Source: Nibricoccus sp.
GTDB taxonomy: Bacteria > Verrucomicrobiota > Verrucomicrobiia > Opitutales > Opitutaceae
Direction: 5' to 3'
DNA length: 64,000 bases
Assembly (NCBI GenBank): GCA_047602425.1
Contig: JASGHG010000001.1
Span: 1,568,001-1,632,000 of the forward strand
Shown: piece by piece, positions 9,848 through 19,755 of the stretch
How positions within the stretch are numbered: the first letter of the stretch is position 1
Layout: each line of letters starts with the position of its first letter
Notes under the pieces: generated by a model
Database searches by the model: none
The model's input: the letters and a program-made list of their open reading frames with translations, nothing else
What the model was told of the DNA's origin: nothing
Program-made: the position numbers and the translations under genes

Positions 9848-10933
9848 TCAGCCCCGCGCGATTAGGTGCACATTCGGGGCCTTGATCAGTGCCGTCACTT
9901 CGGCGCCAGCCGTCAGTTTCAATTCGTCCACGGCCTGCCGCGTCAGCAGCGCCGTCAGCGGGAAACCGCAATCCAGTTCAACCCGCACAGTCGCAGCCTG
10001 AGAATTGAGGGCCGTCACGCGCGCCGGGAACCGATTGCGCGCGCTCATGCCTTCCGCCGAACCGGCTTTAACCAATAAAACATCTTCGGCGCGAATGCTC
10101 ACGAGAACTTCGCGCGTATTTGCCGGGAGTTGATCGGCCAGCCCGATCAGGCGAGCCGAGCCCACCGCAACAGCAGCCAGCTCGCCTTCGCCACCCAGCA
10201 ATCGGCCGGCGACCACGGTTTCGACTCCAACGATTTGCGCCACTGCCGGACTCCCGGGGCGTCGCAGCACTTCCTCAACCGGTCCCTGCTGCAAGAGCCG
10301 CCCGTCAGCCAACACCGCAATATCGTCACACAACGCCAGGATTTCCTGTGTGACATGGCTGACGTACAAGATCGGCAAACCAAACTCGTCGCGCACGCGT
10401 TGCAGGTAGGGCAAAATCGCCGTTTTGCGCGCCGCATCGAGCGATGCCAGCGGTTCATCGAGCAACAATAACCTCGGCGCAGAGACAAGCGCCCGCGCAA
10501 TGGCCACGCGTTGACGTTCCCCTCCCGACAGCGTCATCGGCTTTCGATGCAGCAAATCTTCAATGCCCAGCACTGAACATATGTGTTCCCGGCGAAAAAT
10601 CGCAGCCTCTGCATCGCCCTTTCTGCGTTCTGCGAATTTCAAATTACCATCCACCGTGAGATGCGGGAACAGCGCGCCGTCCTGTGGAACGAAACCCATG
10701 CCACGTTCTTCCGGCGCCAGATAAATTCCTTTAGCCACGTCGACCAAAACCTTGTCGTCGAGTGCAACTTTGCCCGCCGTGGGCCGCCTAAGGCCGGCAA
10801 CGATCTCGACTAGCGTGGATTTACCCGAACCAGATACTCCAAATAATCCTGTTACTCGCGCGCCGAACTCGGCATCGATTTCCAACGAAAACTCGCCGGC
10901 TTTCAGACGCACGCCCTGCAATGAAAGTTTCAT
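9848..10933 (-). CDS. modC: Molybdate ABC transporter ATP-binding protein
   Basis: Walker A GVSGSGKS, LSGGERQR, LLLDEP, C-terminal TOBE 'SARN' repeats. Confidence 0.93.
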   Translation of the reverse strand: MKLSLQGVRLKAGEFSLEIDAEFGARVTGLFGVSGSGKSTLVEIVAGLRRPTAGKVALDDKVLVDVAKGIYLAPEERGMGFVPQDGALFPHLTVDGNLKFAERRKGDAEAAIFRREHICSVLGIEDLLHRKPMTLSGGERQRVAIARALVSAPRLLLLDEPLASLDAARKTAILPYLQRVRDEFGLPILYVSHVTQEILALCDDIAVLADGRLLQQGPVEEVLRRPGSPAVAQIVGVETVVAGRLLGGEGELAAVAVGSARLIGLADQLPANTREVLVSIRAEDVLLVKAGSAEGMSARNRFPARVTALNSQAATVRVELDCGFPLTALLTRQAVDELKLTAGAEVTALIKAPNVHLIARG

Positions 10934-11595
10934 GGCGCGCTCCTCCGTGAAAGCCATTCGCTCAACGCCAAAGCGGCAAAAGCCAGAATCAGGGAGACGC
11001 CGAGCAATCCGACCGCGGCACCGTCGTGGCCAAGTTGCACTTCATGATAAATCCCTAGCGCCAGCGTCACCGTCTCGCCTGGAATCATGCCCGCAATCAT
11101 CACCGTCGCGCCGAATTCCCCCAGCGCCCGGGCAAAGGCCAGCACGCAACCCGCCAACAAACCACGCCGCGCAAGAGGCAGCGTGATCGTGAAAAATATC
11201 CGCCACGGTCCCGCGCCCAGCGTCCGCGCCACCCCTTCGAGCCTCAGCGGCACTTCTTCAAAAGCGACACGTGCCGAACGCACCAAAAGAGGCAATGCCA
11301 TGACCGCCGTAGCCAGAACGACCGCACGCCATGTGAAAACAATGTCGACGCCGAAGGCATCCTGCACAAAGCGCCCGAGCACTCCGCGACGGCCGAACAG
11401 CTTCAACAGGATCAAACCCGTCGCCACAGGTGGAATCACCAAAGGCAACGCCACGATGGTCTCGACCAGCGCCTTGCCCGGCCAGCGCCGCCGCGCGAGC
11501 AGCCATCCCAACGCCACGCCCGGCGGCAAAATCAGCAACGTGCTGAACAGCGCAACGCCGAGCGTGAAGAGAGTGACCTGGACGATTTCGGGCAC
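10930..11595 (-). CDS. modB: Molybdate ABC transporter permease
   Basis: 'LPLVIPPVATG', 'FARALGEFGAT'. Confidence 0.95.
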   Translation of the reverse strand: MPEIVQVTLFTLGVALFSTLLILPPGVALGWLLARRRWPGKALVETIVALPLVIPPVATGLILLKLFGRRGVLGRFVQDAFGVDIVFTWRAVVLATAVMALPLLVRSARVAFEEVPLRLEGVARTLGAGPWRIFFTITLPLARRGLLAGCVLAFARALGEFGATVMIAGMIPGETVTLALGIYHEVQLGHDGAAVGLLGVSLILAFAALALSEWLSRRSAP

Positions 11596-11599
11596 GCGC

Positions 11600-12355
11600 T
11601 CAATTCGGAGTCAGAAATCCGGATTTGGCGAACACCTTTTGCGCTTCGGTTCCAGCGAGAAACTCGATCAACGCCTTTGCCGCGTCGGACTGTTTCGATT
11701 CCTTCAGCACAGCGACCGGGTAAATGATTTGGGGTCCTTCAGCCAGCGGCACCTCGAGTGCGATTTTCACTTTTTTCGAACCAAGCGCGTCGGTCTTATA
11801 GACAAAGCCCGCCTCGGCATTTCCCGACTCGACCGCGGCGAGCGCGCCACGCACTGTGTCGAGGGGAACCATTTTATCGACTAGATTTCTCCAATCACCC
11901 GTTTTTTGCAGATACTCCTTGGTGTAGGTGCCAATCGGGACCGTGGCCGGCTCGCCGATCGCGATGCGTCGCACGTCGGTCTTCGCCAGATCGGCCAGCG
12001 TTTTCACCGGTACGCCATCTTCGGCAGCAACAACGACGACCAGTGTATTCGCCAAAAGCATACGCCTCGTGCCTCCCAACAGCAGACCCGCTTTTTCCAG
12101 CTGATCGAGGCGCAATTCGTCGGCGGAGAAAAATAAGTCGGCTGGTGCCCCTTCCTTGATTTGACGCGCCAGCGCGCCCGACGCGCCGAAGTTGAAGCGC
12201 AGCGTATTGCCGGTGGCTTTAGTGTAGAGCGGCGCGACCTCTTTGAGAGCATCCGACAAACTCGCCGCTGCAAAAACCGTGATCTCCGCGGCTGCGGCAG
12301 CAGCCGTTGATAATGCCACAATTAAAAGCGCATAAACCAGGCTGAGCAGTTTCAT
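11600..12355 (-). CDS. modA: Molybdate ABC transporter substrate-binding protein
   Basis: Signal peptide, 'VFAAASL', 'FGASGALARQI', 'GFVYKTDA'. Confidence 0.95.
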   Translation of the reverse strand: MKLLSLVYALLIVALSTAAAAAAEITVFAAASLSDALKEVAPLYTKATGNTLRFNFGASGALARQIKEGAPADLFFSADELRLDQLEKAGLLLGGTRRMLLANTLVVVVAAEDGVPVKTLADLAKTDVRRIAIGEPATVPIGTYTKEYLQKTGDWRNLVDKMVPLDTVRGALAAVESGNAEAGFVYKTDALGSKKVKIALEVPLAEGPQIIYPVAVLKESKQSDAAKALIEFLAGTEAQKVFAKSGFLTPN

Positions 12356-12445
12356 GGACAAAATATTGGGTTTTGTTTGGTTCTTAGCAAACCGGGACCA
12401 GCCGTGATTCGACACCGTGCGACGCAAAGGGCAGCGCTCGGAAAC

Positions 12446-14458
12446 TTATTGGCGTTTCAGACGAACCACCGTCAATGAATTAGCCGGCGCTTCATAGTCG
12501 AAGGAAGGCCCTACGGGGATCTTCGATGTGACCGGTTGCACGACTGGCGGTTTACCGTCTTCGTTGACGACCGAGGCGTCTTGAGCCGCGAGCACGGTCG
12601 CTGTTGCAGTGCTGGCAAGTTTTTGCACGCCGATCAAATCGATGTGGAGTGGCCTGGCTGTCTCGCCGCCGTTGACAAACTTGAGGATGAGATCGCCGGT
12701 CTTGGTGTCGCGCACCGCTGAAGCGGCGAGGGCCATGGACGTTGGTGCACCGTCGATCTTCGTCTCCAGATATTTGTCGCCGCTGTTCACGCCGAAAAGC
12801 TGCTGCACATGATAGTTGATTGTCGGAAATACTTCCGTCCCGTTGAAATAAATTAGATCAGGCCGCCAGTTCGTGTTTTCACGCCGTGCGAGCAGTGGGG
12901 CATAAGAAGCCATCAACACCACGTCTCCGTTGCGCTCCAAGCTGGTCAAATAGGCGGCTTCGGCGATGGCTGAACGCTGCGTGCTCCGGCGTTTATCGTC
13001 GTGAGCGGCGTATTCGCCGACATAGACTTTGGACTTCGTCCGGTCGTACGAATCGTAACGCTGAAGGTTTTCCCAAAACCATTTTGGCGATTTGTAGTAG
13101 TGTTCGTCGACCATGGGAACGCGAAACTCGTCCGCAATCTTCCAGCCTTTTTCGAAATCCTCGCCGTCGGGCATGGGACCAACCGTGCCGATCACGGTGA
13201 TTTCGGGATGCTTTTGCTTCACAACATCGTAGATCATTTTGAAACGCTCTTTGAAAACCGGTGTGATTTCGTCCTCGTTGCCGACGCCGAGATATTCGAG
13301 ATTAAATGGCGCGGGATGTCCCGCCGCCGCGCGCTTCGCACCCCACGTTGAGGTGACAGGCCCGTTGGCCCACTCGATCAAATCGAGCACTTCCTGAATG
13401 TACGCGGGCATTTGTTCGAGCGGCAGTCCGCTTTGGCCGACGCCATGACCCGAATTCTGGCAACACACGCCAGCCGCAACGACCGGCAACGGTTTGGCGC
13501 CAATGTCCTCGCAAAACTGAAAATACTCATAGTAACCCAAACCAACGGTTTGGTGATAACCCCAGAGATTGTATTGCTGGCGGCGCTGTTCGATCGGACC
13601 GATCGTATCCTTCCAGCGGTACATATTGCCCAAACCATTGCCATGAACCAGGCATCCGCCGGGAAAACGCATGAATCTCGGTTTCAGGTCCGCAATGGCC
13701 TGTGCCAGATCCGCACGAAGGCCATTCTGGCGGTTGCGAAAGGTTTTCTGGGGAAAGAGCGAAATGTCGTCGAGGGCCATGCCGCCCGCCGTGTCCGTTA
13801 GCAATACCAGCCGCGCCGCCGGGTCGGTTTGGTTCACCTTAATGGTTCCAGAAAAGCGCCGCCATTCCCGCTCCGAGACAGGAAACGTCGTTTCACCCAG
13901 GACCACGCCGGCTTTCGTTTCCAATCGTACGCTCAAGGGCAACGTCCCGGGTTTCCCCGCCCCGCCCCAGCGACGTCCGATGAATTGTTGACGGGCGAAT
14001 AGGGCCACGTCGTACGTTTCGCCTTCCGTCACCGGGATCCCCGCAAAAAAACCCGAGTTCACCAGACACACGCCATCGCCAGGAGTCTCGTTGGCCAGCA
14101 CCACGTAGTGAGGATTGTTGGGATGGATTGGAAAGGCGTCGTCGACCACGACCGAGCCTTTGGCGTCCCCGCGCTTCACCAGCTCCCAAGCAGTGAGATT
14201 ATTCCAGGTGTTTTGTTTGATCGGCTGAAATTCGAACGAGCGGTTCTGCACCAATTCTGCGTAGAGACCGCCATCGGCCGCATTACTGATGTCTTCGAAA
14301 AATATGCCCATAAGCAGCGGACTGATCGCCTTGCCCTCGCCATCCGCTCGAACAGTGATCGTCGTTTTCTGCCCAAATGCCGCGGCGACATAAAAATTCA
14401 TTGCCAAAAGCGCTGCCAACGAACGAATGGATAGAGACAATATTTTTTTTGGAATCAT
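12446..14458 (-). CDS. abfA: Secreted GH51 alpha-L-arabinofuranosidase
   Basis: 'GIFFEDISNAADGGLYAELVQNRSFE', 'RFPGGC', 'GNE', 'VGEYA', 'ERNGDVV', 'SYAPLL'. Confidence 0.92.
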   Translation of the reverse strand: MIPKKILSLSIRSLAALLAMNFYVAAAFGQKTTITVRADGEGKAISPLLMGIFFEDISNAADGGLYAELVQNRSFEFQPIKQNTWNNLTAWELVKRGDAKGSVVVDDAFPIHPNNPHYVVLANETPGDGVCLVNSGFFAGIPVTEGETYDVALFARQQFIGRRWGGAGKPGTLPLSVRLETKAGVVLGETTFPVSEREWRRFSGTIKVNQTDPAARLVLLTDTAGGMALDDISLFPQKTFRNRQNGLRADLAQAIADLKPRFMRFPGGCLVHGNGLGNMYRWKDTIGPIEQRRQQYNLWGYHQTVGLGYYEYFQFCEDIGAKPLPVVAAGVCCQNSGHGVGQSGLPLEQMPAYIQEVLDLIEWANGPVTSTWGAKRAAAGHPAPFNLEYLGVGNEDEITPVFKERFKMIYDVVKQKHPEITVIGTVGPMPDGEDFEKGWKIADEFRVPMVDEHYYKSPKWFWENLQRYDSYDRTKSKVYVGEYAAHDDKRRSTQRSAIAEAAYLTSLERNGDVVLMASYAPLLARRENTNWRPDLIYFNGTEVFPTINYHVQQLFGVNSGDKYLETKIDGAPTSMALAASAVRDTKTGDLILKFVNGGETARPLHIDLIGVQKLASTATATVLAAQDASVVNEDGKPPVVQPVTSKIPVGPSFDYEAPANSLTVVRLKRQ

Positions 14459-14957
14459 GGGATTTTGCGAAGAGAGCAACGACTAAGCGGCGGAAAATTC
14501 CAGGCGTAAACCGAAAGCCACGCCTGACAGTATGACAGGCAACCCCACGAAATGGACATTCGATTTCAGCCAATGCATACCTGTCGCGCCGCCGACGAGA
14601 CGCCCCAAAAACGCCTCCCCAGCTTATCCCCAGTCGACCCATTTGCTTTCCGGAAATTGCTTGTTTAACTGCGCTAAAACCCACCCCTCAACCGTCTCAA
14701 TTTTTGCGCCATTACCTCCGTTTTGACGCTTAAAACCACCCCCACTTCCTAGTCCTGCGATCAGCCCGAGAGCCGCTGCGTACACCCACACCGCGCAGCC
14801 TTTTCTATTGGCCGAGAGCAATTTGCCAGCGACGCCTGCCCAGCCCTTCGGCGTGGAGTCGTTCTACATATCACTCATTTCAAACAGCCTGCGTAAAAAC
14901 TAAACTCCCCACTAGCCGGCTTTGATCAAGTTGGACCACAACCCTTGATCATTCAAA

Positions 14958-15005
14958 GCCGGGGGCCGTTTCCCCTACCCCAAAGCGGCCCCCGGCCCTT
15001 TTTTT
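14958..15005 (+). terminator. Intrinsic terminator with no annotated upstream + strand gene
   Basis: 11-bp stem GCCGGGGGCCG/CGGCCCCCGGC followed by CC and T7. Confidence 0.75.
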
Positions 15006-15090
15006 GTCCACGCTCGCCCAGCCAAACGAATGCGGCGCCGAAAAAAACGTTCGTGCCTTCCGCGCCACCAACGGACAAGCTGCGCGTTCC

Positions 15091-16365
15091 ATGTCCGAAG
15101 TCCTTGCACAACTCGTCACCAAGATCGCCCAACGCGCCCGACAGGCCTCGCTTGTTCTCGCGACTGTTCCGACGGCGCAGAAAAACGAGGCCTTGCTCGA
15201 ACTCGCCGGCCTGATCGACCGCTCACATGCCGAGTTGCTCGAAGCCAACGCCAAAGACTTGGCCGACGCCGAGGCCAACAGCATGACCAAGGCACAGATC
15301 GACCGTCTCACCCTCGACGCGAAACGCCTCGCCCAACTTTCCGAAAGCGTCCGCCAAGTCGCCGCGTTGCCCGATCCCGTGGGCGCCGTCCTCGACGAAA
15401 CCACTCGTCCCAATGGTCTGCGCATTCGCAAAGTCCGCGTGCCTATCGGCGTCATTGGCATCATCTACGAAGCCCGTCCCAACGTCACCATCGACTGCGC
15501 CATTCTCTGCCTGAAGAGCGGCAACGCCTCGATCCTCCGTGGCGGCAAGGAAATCTTCCACACCAACACCGCCTTTGCCCGGCTTCTCACCGCCGCGCTC
15601 GCCCACGCGCGCCTGCCCGCAGACGCCGTGCAACTCATCCCCACAACTGATCGCGCTGCGCTCAACACCCTCCTTAAACTCGATCAATACGTTCACTGCA
15701 TCATTCCCCGCGGTGGCGAGAGTCTCATCCGTTTCGTCACGAGCAATTCCACCATTCCCGTCATCAAGCACTACACCGGCGTGTGCTTTGTCTACGTCGA
15801 TGCGAAGGCCGACCTCGCGATGGCGGAAAAAATCCTCATCAACGCCAAGACCCAGCGCGTCACCGTCTGCAACACCGCCGAACAACTCCTCATCCACAAA
15901 GATATCGCGGAGAAAGCCCTGCCCGTGCTCGCACGCGCTCTCGTTGCGAAAAACGTCCAGCTTCGCTGCGACCCCGCCAGCGCCACCCTGCTCGTCCGCG
16001 AAAAAATTCCCGCCTCGCTCGCGACCGAGGCTGATTTTAAAGCCGAATTTCTCGATTACATCATCGCCGTCCGCATCGTCGATTCGCTCGATACCGCCAT
16101 CGCCACCATCAATCGCGACAGCTCGGCGCACAGCGAAGTGATTGTGACGGTCGACGAAACTGCCGCACGGAAATTCCAGGCCAGCGTCGACAGCTCCGCG
16201 GTCTTCTGGAACGCCTCCACGCGTTTCAACGACGGTTTCGAATTCGGTTTCGGTGCCGAGATCGGCATCAGCACCGACCGCCTCCACGCCCGCGGCCCCA
16301 TGGGGCTGCCCGAGCTCTGCAGCTATAAATACCTCGTCGATGGCAACGGCCAGATCCGCGGCTGA
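15091..16365 (+). CDS. proA: Gamma-glutamyl phosphate reductase
   Basis: 'VPIGVIGIIYEARPNVT', 'IPRGGESLI', 'NASTRFNDGFEFGFGAEIGISTDRLHARGPMGL'. Confidence 0.97.
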   Translation: MSEVLAQLVTKIAQRARQASLVLATVPTAQKNEALLELAGLIDRSHAELLEANAKDLADAEANSMTKAQIDRLTLDAKRLAQLSESVRQVAALPDPVGAVLDETTRPNGLRIRKVRVPIGVIGIIYEARPNVTIDCAILCLKSGNASILRGGKEIFHTNTAFARLLTAALAHARLPADAVQLIPTTDRAALNTLLKLDQYVHCIIPRGGESLIRFVTSNSTIPVIKHYTGVCFVYVDAKADLAMAEKILINAKTQRVTVCNTAEQLLIHKDIAEKALPVLARALVAKNVQLRCDPASATLLVREKIPASLATEADFKAEFLDYIIAVRIVDSLDTAIATINRDSSAHSEVIVTVDETAARKFQASVDSSAVFWNASTRFNDGFEFGFGAEIGISTDRLHARGPMGLPELCSYKYLVDGNGQIRG

Positions 16366-16382
16366 TCGCCCGGCTGGAATTC

Positions 16383-16560
16383 GCCACAGAGAATACAGAG
16401 CTTGGACACAGAGGTCACAGAGGAAAACCGATCGGCTGCTTCAGCCTCCCACCTCTCCGTCATCAGTGTTCATTAGTGAAAATCAGTGGTAGAAAAACTT
16501 CTGCCTCATCCCTCCCAAAACTCCGTGAAGTCTGTGTCCGAGCTCCGTGCCCTCTGTGGC
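16383..16560. repeat. 178-bp MITE-like element with 40-bp imperfect inverted arms made of (C)ACAGAG units
   Basis: Left arm 16383-16422 matches the reverse complement of 16521-16560 at 32/40 positions; an internal 10-bp periodic triplet lies at 16461-16490. Confidence 0.8.
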
Positions 16561-16611
16561 CCACCTCCGAAAAAAACTAAACTTTCCCGCGCCGCCGCTG
16601 TCTCCATCTCC

Positions 16612-17244
16612 ATGAGATTTCTCCGCCCACGCGCCCTCCTCGCCCTCACCCTGCTTCCGAGCTTGGCCGCCGCCCAGGAAGCCCGGCCTGCCGCACCCGC
16701 GAAATCCAATATCGAGGTTTCCACCGGCAGCGCAGGAGGCACGGCGCCGACGAAAAAACAACGCGCCGTTTCCGACGACATTTCAAAATCCGTTTCCTCG
16801 GCGTTCAAGTACAACCCGCCGCCACCGCCAAAATCGGAGGAAGAGCTCATCGATCTGCGCGATGTCGACAAACCGCGCAACCAGATCATCCGCCTGCCCA
16901 AGTACGTCGTCGAAGCCAAGAAGCCGCCCGTCTTCAACGATCGTAATTTGTACTCGAAGGAAATGCTGCGCCGACTCGCCTACAAACGTTACTCGAGCAG
17001 TTTCAGCCGCGAAGTTCTCAACAAATATCACTTCCTCGGCAATGGCGACATTGCTTACGCCATGATGCAGTACGAAGCCGAGGAGCGTCAGCGCAACCTG
17101 GCCGAAATGGACAGTACAGCCTCGATGTTGCGAATCTCCGGGGACGATGCCGAAGCAGCCAAAACCAAGGACGACGCCCAAAACACCTACATGCGGCGCT
17201 CGGATGCCGGCACCAACATAAACCATCGCTCAAACGGCCAGTAA
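16612..17244 (+). CDS. Secreted hypothetical protein
   Basis: ATG 16612; signal peptide 'MRFLRPRALLALTLLPSLAAAQ'; host-like codon usage. Confidence 0.75.
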   Translation: MRFLRPRALLALTLLPSLAAAQEARPAAPAKSNIEVSTGSAGGTAPTKKQRAVSDDISKSVSSAFKYNPPPPPKSEEELIDLRDVDKPRNQIIRLPKYVVEAKKPPVFNDRNLYSKEMLRRLAYKRYSSSFSREVLNKYHFLGNGDIAYAMMQYEAEERQRNLAEMDSTASMLRISGDDAEAAKTKDDAQNTYMRRSDAGTNINHRSNGQ

Positions 17245-17256
17245 CCCCCGGCGCCA

Positions 17257-17814
17257 TCAAGCCACTTTGGCCTCAGCCTTCGCCGGTCGCTTCGCGCCGC
17301 GCACAAAGACTTTCTTGCAGAGCGGGCTCACCACGCCGTGATACGTGGACAGAATTACGATCACGCCCACCAGCGCATAAACCAAACCTTCAATCGTCGT
17401 CGGCACCGCAGCCTTGTAGGCACCGCCTGCTCCCCGGGCGATTTCCCAGTCGAGGTCGCGCAAAAAAACAAAGGGCCTCGTCCACACCGATGCATCGCGC
17501 AATGCCGCCTCCGCGGAAGCCAGCGTGTTAACGCGCGCCTCTGAATCGGTGACCACTTTGCCCATGCTCACGACCGCCGGGTCGGCATTGGCGGCGTATT
17601 GCGTCGCCAATTCCCGCACCGATTTCCCCGCCTGCTTCGCGATCTCTTCGAACTGAAGCAACTGCCGTCGCGCCTCCGCCAGATGACCACCGAGTCGTTG
17701 CAGATATTGCTGCATAAACTCCGGCGCTTGGGCAAACAGCACCGCGCCAATCACGCAAAGGATCCGATCCACCAAAGATGCACCCGCGGAAAAAATGGGC
17801 TTGAGCCAGCGCAT
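17257..17814 (-). CDS. DUF2937-family membrane protein
   Basis: 'QAPEFMQQYLQRLGGHLAEARRQL' motif; N- and C-terminal TM segments. Confidence 0.8.
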   Translation of the reverse strand: MRWLKPIFSAGASLVDRILCVIGAVLFAQAPEFMQQYLQRLGGHLAEARRQLLQFEEIAKQAGKSVRELATQYAANADPAVVSMGKVVTDSEARVNTLASAEAALRDASVWTRPFVFLRDLDWEIARGAGGAYKAAVPTTIEGLVYALVGVIVILSTYHGVVSPLCKKVFVRGAKRPAKAEAKVA

Positions 17815-18017
17815 GGCCCGATGCCAGCGCAACGACGACTTTGAGGCAAGCCCGCAAACCGCGTACACGACCCGCAAACATCCAAAGGGAGGCTCGTCGA
17901 AACGGTGTTGATTGGAGATAACGACTATTTCCCCATAAATTCAGAAGCAGCCTCGCAACCTGTTCACCCCTTGCGCGATCGGCCGCGCACCGATAGGATC
18001 CTCGCGGCTTCGCCAGC

Positions 18018-18611
18018 TCAGCCGCCTTGCACCACGTGCGTCACGAGAGCTTCGTGGTTGGTGTAGCCTAGTTCGGTTCCTTGAGCCAAACGGTCCTGTA
18101 GGGCGATCTGCATGCGTTTGGTCACTTCCTCCTTGGTCGCGCCGGTGATGGTCAGATTCAGCTCCGGACAAAATTGGGAAACCGTCCCGCGGATGGACCA
18201 TTGGAGACAGGTCACGCTGCAAATCGTGCGTTCCATCGAGCGTACATAGGGATCGTTCAACATACGTACGATCACACTTCGAAATTCCGCGGTGTTTAGC
18301 GGCTTGGCCAGGCCTTCGTTCGCACCGGCTTTCAAGACCCGGCTGAGCAATGCGCTGTCCATCGCGCTGCTGATCACCACCACTGGCAACGGTTTTAGGG
18401 CCTCGGTCTTTCGCGCCAGTTGAATCAAGTCCAAGGCATCTCCTTCGGGAAAAAGAAAATCGCAAATGAGCAGGTCGAATTTGCGCTCGGAAAGCATCGA
18501 CATCGCCATTCGCAGAGAAGGCGTAATCGTCAGCTCACAAAGACCGGTGAGGTACTTCCGCATGAGCAGTTGCGACGTAGCACTGTCTTCCACATAAAGG
18601 ACTTGTTTCAT
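18018..18611 (-). CDS. Response regulator (receiver domain plus ~75-aa C-terminal extension)
   Basis: 'VLYVEDS', 'LLICDFLFP', 'LAKPL'; no HTH output domain recognised. Confidence 0.88.
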   Translation of the reverse strand: MKQVLYVEDSATSQLLMRKYLTGLCELTITPSLRMAMSMLSERKFDLLICDFLFPEGDALDLIQLARKTEALKPLPVVVISSAMDSALLSRVLKAGANEGLAKPLNTAEFRSVIVRMLNDPYVRSMERTICSVTCLQWSIRGTVSQFCPELNLTITGATKEEVTKRMQIALQDRLAQGTELGYTNHEALVTHVVQGG

Positions 18612-18815
18612 GCGCTAATGCGTTAATCGACCAGACTGATATTCCAGTTAAATGGTATCTTGGGTTAAGTGCGAAGGAGCGAATGGCTTCCGTTCACAAT
18701 TATCAATCCCGCTTTGCCGGGAAAAATTTCCGAACTTCGGTCAGTACCAATATAATCCCATAACCCGCTGATTAAATTAAAAATCGGCAAGTGCCATCTC
18801 TCGCATCCGGCAACG

Positions 18816-18845
18816 AAAAACGGGACGGCCATTTAAGCCGTCCCG
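18816..18845 (-). terminator. Intrinsic terminator after the TonB-family gene
   Basis: CGGGACGGC/GCCGTCCCG stem with a T-run on the minus strand. Confidence 0.75.
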
Positions 18846-18872
18846 CTAGTCAGACCCGAACAAAAAAGTCAC

Positions 18873-19607
18873 TCAGGGTTTGGCGTTGGCGACGCTCTTC
18901 TCTTTGCAGAAATCGAAGCTTTGTTGCGCGTGCACCAAGACCGGCTGGCCCTTGCGAGTCGGCGGGGCAAACTGCCACTTGCTCACGGCTGCCACGGCGA
19001 TGCCGGCCAAGCGCGGATCCGATCCGGCGGGCGCCGCGGGAAAACGGACTTTGCCCGTTTCGTCGATGTAGAAATCGATGACCACTTTCCCAATAATCCC
19101 CTGGTCGACCCATTCCTTCGGATACGTCGGCGAAACGATGCTCACCGGAGTCGGGATGCTGTCCAATTTTTTAAGACTGCACGCCTGATATTCATAACCG
19201 TGATCTAGCTCTAAAATCGTCGTATCCACGCCAAAACGCTGCACCAATAGCACGCCGTTCACTTCAAAGTTAAACGTCAGCTCGAGCACCGTTTCAATGG
19301 GTTCTCCGTTATCGTACGCCGGCTCGAACTTCCATTTTTTGATGACCCGCAGAACTTCATCCGCAAATGGCCGGCGTGTGTAGGCCACCACCAGGCTGTC
19401 GATCAACTTCCCCGTCGAATCGATATGCAACACCACGCGCGCGGCGCCGCTCGAAATGCCATCGTTCAACATGCGAATCGGATAAATAGGGGGCGTCGTC
19501 TGAACGATTTTAAACCGGTTGCCGGACTGCGCCGCCGGTTTCTCCACCGCCCGGCCAAGGCCGGCTGTCAGGACGATCAAACTGAAAAAAGCTACGAAGG
19601 TTTTCAT
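18873..19607 (-). CDS. TonB-family protein with two tandem TonB C-terminal domains
   Basis: Two 'P.YP...G...ID.TGK...W.F.P' repeats; N-terminal signal-like segment. Confidence 0.85.
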   Translation of the reverse strand: MKTFVAFFSLIVLTAGLGRAVEKPAAQSGNRFKIVQTTPPIYPIRMLNDGISSGAARVVLHIDSTGKLIDSLVVAYTRRPFADEVLRVIKKWKFEPAYDNGEPIETVLELTFNFEVNGVLLVQRFGVDTTILELDHGYEYQACSLKKLDSIPTPVSIVSPTYPKEWVDQGIIGKVVIDFYIDETGKVRFPAAPAGSDPRLAGIAVAAVSKWQFAPPTRKGQPVLVHAQQSFDFCKEKSVANAKP

Positions 19608-19755
19608 GGGTAAAATGGGTTGCCCTGCATAACCCCGCGACCCTCGACACCCCTTCAAAAGAATCAAAGCCGAACAATGATCCACGCGTCTTTCATCCCG
19701 TCACGCGGCAAAAATTTACCCGCGTCAATCGTGCCTAAACCCCCGCAGCTTCAAA

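Noticed and set aside
16383..16560. CRISPR array interpretation of the periodic repeats (also 21246-21308 and 54054-54508)
   Set aside because: Units are 7-10 bp with no unique spacers, are arranged as tandem or inverted arms, and no cas genes are present.
16486..16611. N-terminal extension of ORF 16486..17244
   Set aside because: It runs through the repeat element; ATG 16612 gives a signal peptide.
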